Translations under genes and position numbers: made by a program
Assembly (NCBI GenBank): GCA_963924565.1
Contig: OZ004615.1
Location: 7,874,001-7,938,000 of the forward strand
Direction of reading: 5' to 3'
DNA length: 64,000 bases
Source: Ascidiella aspersa
Lineage: Eukaryota
The notes under the pieces: model-generated
The model's database searches: none
Seen by the model: only the letters and a program-made list of their open reading frames with translations
What the model was told of the DNA's origin: nothing
Part shown: positions 13,301 through 64,000 of the stretch, one piece after another
Layout of the letters: each line of letters opens with the position of its first letter
How positions within the stretch are numbered: position 1 is the stretch's first letter

Positions 13301-16300
13301 TCAAACGTGGCACGTTTCACAGAAAAGTTCTCTGAGAAACTTTTTCGGTTAAGTTAGTCCGTGTTAGGCAGTTTTGCGAAGTCAACAGCTGACCAAAACT
13401 TTAGCGACAATTTCACTGCTATCGTGAAAGTCAGTGTTAGCAAAAAGTTAAAGTCGATCCTTTTCAAACTAATTCAGCCAAATTGCAGTCCAAGTGAAGG
13501 CTATTGCTAGTTAGGTCCAATTCAAATAATTGACAGAAAAGTTAAATGTTAAACTAATAAACTCTTTAAACTCCTCAGTTCTCAAACAATGAAAGATACA
13601 CATATGTGTTCAACAACTGTAATCTAGCCGTTCTAAAGCTGCCATTTGACCAATTATTACGGCTTACGTATCATTAATAGGCTAAACCGAAAGCTATCGC
13701 AGACTCACCAAATGTGTCGATCAATTATTTTTTTAAATGTTTTGATTAGCAAACAATAAAAGTCAACACCTATAGCACACAAACTGATTTACATGCAAAA
13801 ACGGAAGCAGCCGATCCACTAATAAATTAAGGGAATTCCTAAGCCGTTACATTAAAACAATGCCTATTTACCACGTAATGTCCGTTTGAAGACAGAGTCC
13901 GTCCGTTCATCTTGTGCCAAGTCAGTTGGGGCTGCGGAACTCCATGAACGGTACATTGGAACGCTGCCGAGTAGCCACAACGCACGGTGGCGCTGTAGGG
14001 CCGCGTCACAAACACAGGGGCCAGGGGCAGGACGTCAAAAGGGGTGAAACCCTGCGTTTCACCACCTGAAATCAAATAATTTAGTCTATTATTAGACGTG
14101 TATTTGCTTTCATTTCGTATAAGTGTAATACAGATTTAGGTATTTAAGATAAATCATGATGTGTGATCTATGTAACACACCTAGTACCAACAATGGAATT
14201 AAACTGAGTAGATACTCCGTTCATATGAGTGTACACGCTAAACGTAGTCTGTGTTTTTGCACAAAACGCTTTTATTTACCAAAAAAAATAAATGTGGCAT
14301 TTATAAACCGCATAATGCAGTTAGACAAGTTAGTCATTTAAGACCACCTAGATGGTTAGTGGATATAGCATAGTTAAGCGTTTAAAGTAGCCAAATATAT
14401 CTTACTTTATCACAGAGAAACGTAAACTTTTTAGTCAATCTTAAAAAATAATATGAAAGGTTAGACAATTTTGTTCAAAAGTTTCGTTGAATAAAAAACA
14501 AATATAAAAACGTCGTTGGACAACAAATGCACAGGAACCATTATCAGTGGCAAAAGTTACAAGAGCAGGTTCTCAAAAATCCAATTCGCTGTACTTTTGC
14601 TACACTTAAGGTCCTTATAAGATTCTTCTTTACCTTGTCCAATCATGAGGTATGCTCCACATAGCGCTACTCCCTTGTCGTTCTCTGCAACGCACGTGTA
14701 CTTTCCTGCGTCCGAAAGACACACTCGTTTGATTGACAGGCTATAAGCGCCGCCCTGACTCCGGGCGGTGACGTAATGAGGATCGCGTGACGACACCACG
14801 TGGTTACCGTGCTTCCAGTGAACCTGTGGGAGTACAAAGCCGTTGGTACATTACATGTCAGAAATGAGGTTCGAAATCATTCTAGTACCATGTTTTGTTT
14901 ACTTTTTGCGCCTGTCGAAATATGAACTAAAGGTTTTTTAACCCGATAAACTAAAAAAGTTCATAACAAAATAACTAGCCAACATTATTCTTTTAAATAA
15001 ACCAAACTTATTTTATGTGTGGGTAGTGCTCGGTTCCAAATAACAAGGTCCTGTTTCAGTATCAAAAAAGGTAATCAAAAGTGAGTGTACAAGATACGCA
15101 AAAAATTAAAACAAATATTTACATAAACCAGGGGCATACGAAAAATACATAGTGCAAAACTACGCCACGACCATGTTACGGCCCCGGCATATTTTCTTAT
15201 TGGAAATGAAGTAGAGTTGAAATGTTGTCATATGCAGTTCAAAACAAAATTAAAAAAATTAATCTGCACGACAATTCATTAAAGCTCATTACAGTTATAA
15301 TTGCATCTGGTATTTTCATTTCCTTTGTTTATAACGATAATAAAGTTATAGAAAATATTGTATGTCCGGCTCGCGGTCCGTAAATCCCTTTTACAGTTAT
15401 CCGGTTCTGTATGAATAAGTTTAGTGAACTAATGTGTTTAACCGTTGCCCAACATTTATACCTTTGGATGGGGAGTCCCCGCGATCGTGCATCGAAAGGT
15501 CACGTGGCTGCCGGCCTTGACAGCGGCGGACTCGGTTCTGAGCAGAAAGATGGGCGCTCCTTCGAATTCGACTTCCTGGTGGTCGGCTGGCTGCACGCAA
15601 AGGTCCACGGAACAAGTGTTGGTGCCCAACGGACTGATGGCTCGACACTCGTACTTTGCACTTGGATTGAAAGAAATGTGTCAGCAGTTAAGGACGACTT
15701 GTTAAAGATCCCTCGCGCGAGATATGTACACTACAGTGCGTGTGGATAGGGATTCGGTGATTTAAACAACCGCGCGTGTTTTGAGCGGGGTCCTTCGGTG
15801 TAACTTGTGTATTTTAAAGGATATTAACAATTTTAGAGTTGTGCATTACTTTCCAATTACCGACCACTGTGTCCAATATTGGACGTGCGTTGTTTGGTAT
15901 TTAAACCTAAAATTGCTTGTTAAGCGCCTGTCTTACAATGAATTGGATGCAGTAATGATACATTTTGTATTTGTCGATTTTAACTGAAATGGGGTCTTTG
16001 ATTGAAATGGCTTTAGTATTATCTTGGGGAAAATTTTGTTGTACTGCCAGTTGTATTTGACAGCCTGGCGAACATCGTTAAGTTCTTGCCAAACACCTTT
16101 TATTTAAATTATTAAAAAATAAACGTTCCATTAAAGGTATAGCTATACTATTTTACCTACTATTCTAAATATACTTATGTTAATGACCTTGCAAAGAAAC
16201 TATAATAAAATAATAAAACATCAATCAAATATTTTCCGAGCGCTAACTGTAACAAATTTCAAAGGGGCTAAAATTAATTTATACTCGTTTTATCACACCC

Positions 16301-18356
16301 AATTCAGCTTTCAGCTACTGGCTAAGTTCAGCAGTATGTCTAGTCTCATTTCCTCACCTGTCATACCATCTTGTTGCCAGCACAAAAAGTGACGCATTAG
16401 AGCCCTCATGGTTGAATCTGCATAACAAAAAATATTCCTACAACGAGTCGTACAACATATATCACAGGATACAAGTAACACCTGTTGTCAAAAAACTAAA
16501 ACGACATCAGACTAAGTTATGGTCAGACTAGCGTGTGCGCAAAGAGAGAGTTTGTTACAATTTATTAAAAAACACCTTAAAATGTGGTCCATTGTAAAGT
16601 TATACTTCTTAACCGTAAATGTTGTTTAAATACAGCTTGTAAACCTGCGGGCCGTGGCTCTTTGAGGTGGCTGCTGGTATCCGTACTTTTTATAAGCTAC
16701 TTTTACGACTAATGATAGTAAAATTAGGATAAAAATAGTTAGCTAAAGTTGGCCGAGCTTAAAAAATGGTTGAGCAGCACTCACCACATATAAAAATGTA
16801 GCATTTTACCTGTGTCGTTCTCCTGGGTACAGACGAGTTCCGTACATATACCACTGTATTATCGGAGCCGGCTTGCCAACGACGGTACATTTCAAAATAG
16901 CGTCGCTGCCTTCGGGTATAACCTGGTTCCTAGAGACTTTAACGAAACGCGGAGGAACGCATTTTGTTTTTCTATGGAAGAACTCACCTGAAAGACAAAA
17001 TTATTGTTTAACACCGCACGATGAACATACACTATAAATTGGTACCCGAGTTTTCAATTCTTACATCACAGACACCTTTTCATAATAATAATAATAATTT
17101 GGCTGAAACAACTTTTTTATTTATGACAATTTCATGTTACTTGATATAAAAGCGCAAAGCCTAGCATTCATTCTCGTTGTAAACGTACCAAATCGCGTCA
17201 AAAATACGTTTTTACATGTCTTATAAGCTGTAAGCCAGGGGTGTCCAACTTAAACATGCCGGCGTGCCAATTTTTATCCTATAACTTCTTCCCGAGCCAA
17301 AGTTTATTAATATAATTCTTTCTAATAATAAAAGCGTTTTTTTTACAAATAATAAAAACACGTAGTTAGCAGTGCGCATTACTGCATCTAAATGTCCGTC
17401 GGTGAGCTGACTTTTGCTTTTTGTTTCTTCACACCAAACTTTATAGTTATGTGAATGCTAGCCTCCTCTACAATGTAATGTTAGAGTCAGTGTTAAAAGT
17501 AATTGTTAGTTGTCGTGATTGCAGCGATTGTTTTATATTGTGAATAAACAATGGCAATTTACTGTATAAAAAATTAGGTATTTTTTACAATTGGCTGAAT
17601 AGCAAATTAAGTAGTTTAGACTTTAGGGGGGCTTGCGTGCCATTTTTTATTTGGTCGCGTGCCATATTTGGCACGCGTGCCGCTTGTTGGACACCCCTGC
17701 TGTAAGCAATAGGTCCGTATGTATAGCGATATGAAGCGAATAAAATATAAATCTTTTAGTTTGTAAACCTTAACTTCACGGTGAAGTCTTCACCAGCCAA
17801 TTTCTTAAAACCTGTAAACTAAATGCCCTATTTAATATAAGTGGTAGTGTAAATAGGAATAGCAGTTTAAAATACTATATCAACAGCATATAACTTTTTT
17901 GCATCTCACCATCCGCTACAATGAGACTGTATCGAAGTTGCAGTTCATCTTTTCCATCAGTTGCCTTACAAATGTACGAGCCAGCATGCTTCTTAGTAAC
18001 GTCATTGAGAATCAAATAACTTGATACCGAAACTGAATCATTTTCATCGCCTGCAAACGTTTCAATAGCACAACTTTCGTCCGGAAATAAAGGGGACAAG
18101 TAACCGCCATTTTCTGTACAATCTATCTCTTCTTCCTTGTACCAGCTAACGGACGGAGCTTCTTTAGATTGCAACTCAGTTTTACTGGGACAGTTAAACC
18201 TTGGCAAAGCGAAGCTGAAAACTGCAGTTTCGCCTTCCTTCAAGCAATCTACGACAGCGCATTCGGGCGAAGTGAGAGAAGAGTGAGAAGAGGAAGAGGA
18301 AAAAGAGCAGCGAGAAGAGAGAGGAGAATTTGTGCGCGACGATGGACGCTTTTCAA
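1133..18356 (-). CDS. Obscurin/titin-like Ig-FN3 array (22 exons, ~1,257 aa, 7 Ig + FN3 + >=4 Ig), in frame with the MLCK telokin exon; continues beyond the window start
   Basis: All 22 exons are GT-AG and phase-consistent; repeated I-set Ig motifs (W..., D.G.Y.C) and one FN3; the first exon begins at an acceptor (ctttcag|, 18357) in phase 1, matching the donor at 21899. Confidence 0.85.
1639..1777 (-). CDS. Extension exon, Ig
   Basis: YKIKQHGDEIHLTIRNVCAEDAGSIQC. Confidence 0.86.
2824..3031 (-). CDS. Extension exon, Ig/Ig
   Basis: CSCKLTVL...ALLGEDVVFVVKLS...W; AA|gtgagt. Confidence 0.83.
3044..3503. mobile_element. MITE with internal (CAAGT)n-like repeats
   Basis: CAGTGTTGTAA / TTACACCACTG ends; many AAGTC units; related copy at 37070 in opposite orientation. 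Confidence 0.65.
4483..4600 (-). CDS. Extension exon, Ig
   Basis: GNELKNSHDVVIEKRGEFQILNLKNI...GEISF. Confidence 0.82.
4899..5017 (-). CDS. Extension exon, Ig
   Basis: PSDVTVTENAEASFTVALS...KWYLK. Confidence 0.85.
5377..5424 (-). pseudogene. Truncated tRNA-Ser(GCT)-derived fragment (3' half)
   Basis: Minus strand CTAATCCATTGTGCTCTGCACACGTGGATTCGAATCCTATCCTCGCCG closely matches the anticodon-3' stem, variable arm, T-arm and acceptor of metazoan tRNA-Ser(GCT); D-arm and 5' acceptor missing. Confidence 0.75.
5817..5956 (-). CDS. Extension exon, Ig
   Basis: GNAHSLMMRNL...SSAQLVVK. Confidence 0.83.
6568..6703 (-). CDS. Extension exon, Ig
   Basis: IIQPLEDISIFQGETARFNVQLS...KWFLNG. Confidence 0.87.
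7086..7224 (-). CDS. Extension exon, FN3 C-half
   Basis: YTVTSLEPGTGYSFRLKGHNQAGFG. Confidence 0.88.
7684..7829 (-). CDS. Extension exon, FN3 N-half
   Basis: PDAPRV...VTVTWTP...YVVEMR...W. Confidence 0.87.
8476..8599 (-). CDS. Extension exon, Ig
   Basis: GKHSLMLMNVKPEDAGDVVF. Confidence 0.85.
9233..9453 (-). CDS. Extension exon, linker plus Ig
   Basis: aactcag|AC...AAG|gtatgt; phases fit both neighbours. Confidence 0.78.
9491..9935. mobile_element. Older hAT-like MITE
   Basis: CACGGGTGGCCAAC / GTTGGCCACCACTG ends, AAGAGCCGC repeats; TSD degenerate. Confidence 0.68.
10302..10423 (-). CDS. Extension exon, obscurin-like Ig
   Basis: TLRQLTVKSAAKNDSGEYKCQVG. Confidence 0.87.
10846..11026 (-). 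CDS. Extension exon, obscurin-like Ig
   Basis: AHEGADAVIQCQL...ATWWKED...DKYEMKAEG. Confidence 0.85.
11570..11706 (-). CDS. Extension exon, Ig
   Basis: HQLRIARVQWDDQGLYSVLACN. Confidence 0.87.
12229..12523 (-). CDS. Extension exon, Ig/linker/Ig
   Basis: GEVSCSVKLDV...VRGTPEPEVTWYKGG. Confidence 0.85.
13188..13281 (-). CDS. Extension exon, Ig
   Basis: HTLRIPKTDQNDHGFYFCTASNSA. Confidence 0.85.
13872..14065 (-). CDS. Extension exon, Ig
   Basis: APVFVTRP...FQCTVHGVPQPQLTW. Confidence 0.88.
14634..14823 (-). CDS. Extension exon, Ig
   Basis: SDAGKYTCVAENDKG; cccacag| and |gtaaag. Confidence 0.88.
15462..15660 (-). CDS. Extension exon, Ig/Ig
   Basis: SAKYECRAISPLG...FRCTIAGTPHPK. Confidence 0.85.
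16358..16417 (-). CDS. Extension 60-nt exon, Ig middle
   Basis: tgcag|A...GACAG|gtgagg; FNHEGSNASLFVLATRWYD. Confidence 0.75.
16810..16987 (-). CDS. Extension exon, Ig
   Basis: VPPRFVK...LKCTVVGKPAPIIQWY; AG|gtaaaa. Confidence 0.85.
17236..17699. mobile_element. Non-autonomous hAT-like MITE
   Basis: Perfect 14-bp TIR CAGGGGTGTCCAAC / GTTGGACACCCCTG; perfect 8-bp TSD CTGTAAGC (17228-17235, 17700-17707). Confidence 0.92.
17910..18356 (-). CDS. Extension exon: Ser-rich linker plus divergent Ig
   Basis: ctttcag|TT GAA AAG...GATG|gtgaga; HAGSYICKA. Confidence 0.82.
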
Positions 18357-21300
18357 CTGAAAGGTTGTTGAGTAAAGGTTAGAAAGAAAGAAGTTTGAGA
18401 AAATAAAATAAATAGCGGTAAGATAGAGTCCATTTCAACGATAAATTTAAAATAAATTTGGGAACACAGTGATTAGTTAACAGCAAAGGCAGTTAATTTA
18501 TATCTGTTTTTAAACTGGTAAGCAAAAAAGAATGATTTCGATTTACTGTAATAGCACAACTTATTGTGAACAAATTAGACAAAATGACACCATATTCCAG
18601 CCGAACTATGCAAACATTGCATAATTACTGAAACAAGCATCGAGCAACATTCAAATGTAAAATTGAACAATACGAATAAGTCTACTGTTCTGTTATTAGA
18701 AAAAAAAAACATTATCTGGTACGTACTTAATAAACGTGTAGCCTATACCTTTTGTTATAATATATCTCAAAATTAAGAAAAACCTAAATAATGATGCTGA
18801 ACTTGTCTAGTGCTACTTAAACTGTGATTAGGAACGATGATTGTACGGTTTGTACGCCTTATGTTAAAACCGCGTGTTTTTATGAAAACCATTATCTATT
18901 GGTAGTCATAATGGGCTGTACGCCACAGTGTTCTAAAATACATATGACAATCGTTGCATTGCGACAGACAAAACTAACTGAAACAAAAACAATTTTTAAT
19001 CTGCTCGCGGATTTAGATGCTTTGTTACGGCACAAAACAAATTGTGTTGTCCTCAAACGGTCAGGTCAGTAGTATGATTCTGCTAAGTAAAAAATAAAAG
19101 TGATACTGTATAACTTTTATAATTTTTTGACTACTGAAAAATTGACAGTATGGAGGGCTTGACACGTTATTTTTATTACATAATCATTATATGTTGCTAA
19201 TCATCAATAAATATTTTCAATTTTTTTGACATAGAGTACCTTATTATCAATTAAACCTACGTTTTGACCCCACATAATAATCATACATATGGCAATGGCG
19301 GTCAAGCTTAACAACTCAAGTGTCATCTTATACTAAAATAAATAAAATCGGTCGATTCACCTGGAGTTTTATTAAACGCTAGAGGCGCCAGGAGACAAAT
19401 CATAGAGAAAATATAGCTGAAATCAAGAGCTTTTTGAAAATACACCAAAAACCGCAAAAATAAGTCAGGTCAAATAACATACCACAAAACGCATGAAGGG
19501 TTTTATTTTTCGTTAAAACTATAAAGTTTTAAGTGTACCAATAGCACTTCCACATGTACTGGATCTATCTTGTGTACAATGGTATAATCATATGCTGTGT
19601 TTTAAAAAATCGTCGACTTTAGGGCAGCTGTTGATTGGTTGGACGTACGGAAGAAAAAAATCAAGACTTTTTGTACGCCAAGTGCGCAAGCTACGAAGTT
19701 TTTTATGAAAAAACGTCAACAATGGCGTGAAATCTGGCAGCGACTGCATAAAGCTAGTCATAAATCAACGCTCTTATTTATAGTCACGATTTTAGACGGA
19801 GGCTAGAACAAGAAAGCAACACATAGGAAGTCACATAGCGTGTAGGGTCAAATTAACATATTAAGTTTTATTACATATTGGGTTTTTTTTACTTCAGGGG
19901 AATATCATTGACCATTTAACTTTTGTGTGCGATTTCGTAACACCAATACATTTTGTTGTGTGGTCGTGCTCTACTTTCCTACAAACCCATATAGGTATGA
20001 ATTGAATGAAAGCACATAACGGTCAAATAATATAAACAAAAATCAGGGAAATCACATAAACGTGAAGGAAGGTTGTGTATAACGGTTAAGAGTATAAAAG
20101 GCTATTGTTGTGGTACCAGTGTGGCTCGGAATGTTAAAGTTTTCATTAACAGGTTATATCGTGATACAAAAAAGAGTGTAGCAGCAAATGGAATACAATA
20201 CAAACTGCCAGGACGCTTATCGACGGTCCTTACACTTTGCAACCGCCAAACACTTGTGTCATAATCAACGTATTTTTGGCAACCTAACGTACAAGTCCAG
20301 GTATAAGGCCCTAAAGAAAACAAGAAACCAATCTGTAGATTCGAAGCAAGCGGCGATTAATAGAAATAGCCAAGAAGAGAAATAGGTCTGTCTGCAATAA
20401 AAATTAATCAACTTAAGCAATCACGTGTGTTGTTCTGCGCGGCCAACACTAATTCAAGGAGCACGGAATAACAGGGCGCCTATATTTGGTTTAAAAAATA
20501 TTTGGTTTAAGCTTGGAAGCAATTGCCTGAATGAATAGCGTCAGAAAACTAAAGGTAGAAAAGGGTATTATGGCATGGGAACGCCGTTTCGGTGGGTTTC
20601 AGCAACAGAGCCCCACTTAGCTGAAGCGCGGTCATTTCGAATTCCAAAAATCAGTCTTGGCCAGAAATAAATCTATATCTTTTGTATTTACACAGCCGCC
20701 GACGCCATTTTAAACTGAAAAAGCACACAAGGGAAGAAAACAAGGGACAAACCACAGGACAAATGGGAATGGCAGAGTACCGCAGCGAGTTACCAGCAGA
20801 GCGCTTAAACCTTTGAAGTGACATAGGCACCAAAAAGTATGGACAACAGCAACACGGGAGTGATGGTATACAAAGCGACAGACAGTGGCTTTTCGGTCTT
20901 GTGTTCGAATATAGATAAGAGCACGGCTTTGGTCTTGTGAGAATGATTGCCACGATATACACGCGAGGGCCGCTACTATGCTGCGCGGTTCGAAATATGG
21001 CGGAGGAATGACGAAGCAAAATTTACGCTGCGTCAGGCTGCGCGCGTGCACCACCAGCTGGCGACGATGATGGCATGCGGTTGGCAAGGCAACGAGGAAT
21101 AAAGAACAAAATAGCGACTAAGGGGGAAAGTCGAACAAACACGAGGAAATAGGAAAACAGAATCATCGATAAAACAAACCATTTAGGGAGAAAGCAAGTA
21201 AAAGGAGAAACACCAACAAACCCACACACCGATACAAAAGCTAATCAAAGTATCTTACAGAATTATTGGACTGTTTAAACTTCGGTTTTACGTATTTTGA

Positions 21301-21891
21301 GCCAGCCAAACAATTTGCACAGAACGGTAAAGTTAGAAAGGTTTATCGAAATCAACTGTATAAATTGAATTGTTCCTAAACTAAAAATTCATCGAACTGT
21401 GAGCCTAAGAGATATGTAATGGCTTAACACTCCAGATTTTGGTCATACTTCATTTGAAGTGACGACATTGTAAATTTCCGTAACCCATGCAGCTAATTGG
21501 TAATAACAAAAAAACAAAATGGAATTTCCCTTATGGGGTTTATATTAGAAATAATGTGGCAACGTGCGCTTAATAAAACCTACGGTTTTCGTGGCCGAGG
21601 TTTGAATGATGATCAGTGAGGTAAATGTAACGTCGAATAACTAATACCATTCTTAATATGGCGCTTTATACTGACATACAACGCCATCGGTTATATAAAG
21701 GCCTTAAGTAAAGGAAATAGTCTTTAAAACTGCTTTTGTTTTGAGAAAACGTGGTTTTACGGATGAAGCTTAGTGAAGAACAAACAAACAGGAAACAGCA
21801 AACGGCAAACGCAGTCATCATCAAAAACGGGTGCAAGTGTATGTGCGGTGGTTCGTGCAAACGTGTGACGTCAGACACTGTTGTTGTCACG

Positions 21892-63680
<41,789 letters not shown>

Positions 63681-64000
63681 CTAAAAGTTTAATGATCATT
63701 CTTAAGTTGGCAAGACGTATAAAATCGAACAGTTATTCCGTTTGGTTATTTTCGACTTTTTTGGATTACCTTTAACCGTTAATTTTGTTATTGTTTGTCG
63801 ATTTTTATAGACAGTTTTATTACAAACGATAAAAACACATTAATTTTTGTAAAAAAAATATATAATGATATCGACAAGAGTAATTATTCTCCTCGCGTAT
63901 TCCTATAAACTAATCGTTTCATAAATTTAATCTATTTGGGCATTCATTTAATACGCCACTGGTGAAAAATGTGATTGATTAAACTACTTCTGTATCTATT

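Noticed and set aside
20651-21229. Overlapping 68-125 aa ORFs downstream of the MLCK stop
   Set aside because: No motifs or compatible splice sites; more simply the 3' UTR of the telokin-ending isoform

Overview
AT-rich eukaryotic genomic DNA (animal; the intron sizes, hAT-type MITEs and MYLK-like protein suggest an invertebrate chordate such as an ascidian, which is an inference). The whole window lies inside one large minus-strand, multi-exon gene that runs off both ends. I reconstructed 56 GT-AG exons by hand, all with compatible splice phases (about 8.8 kb coding, about 2,950 aa). The upstream 34 exons (63680->21892) reproduce the long non-muscle/smooth-muscle myosin light chain kinase (MYLK) architecture: 6 Ig, DFRxxL actin-binding repeats, 2 Ig, FN3, CAMK-type kinase, autoinhibitory/calmodulin-binding segment and telokin-like Ig. 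Three features are not part of ordinary MYLK. (1) A 3.2-kb uninterrupted ORF in the 11.8-kb intron (41055->37807) encodes a Slp/Slac2/rabphilin-type Rab-binding domain whose zinc finger is split by a ~770-aa disordered insert with three NPF motifs; a phase-matched donor would fuse it in frame to the Ig-FN3-kinase exons, giving a predicted Rab-effector MLCK. (2) The telokin exon has a donor just before its stop codon that joins in frame to 22 further exons (>1,250 aa; 7 Ig, FN3, >=4 Ig; obscurin/titin-like). (3) Two further short candidate alternative first exons. Introns also hold several hAT-like MITEs with 8-bp TSDs, two Penelope-type minimal hammerhead ribozyme motifs and a tRNA-Ser fragment. 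All isoforms are predicted from sequence only.
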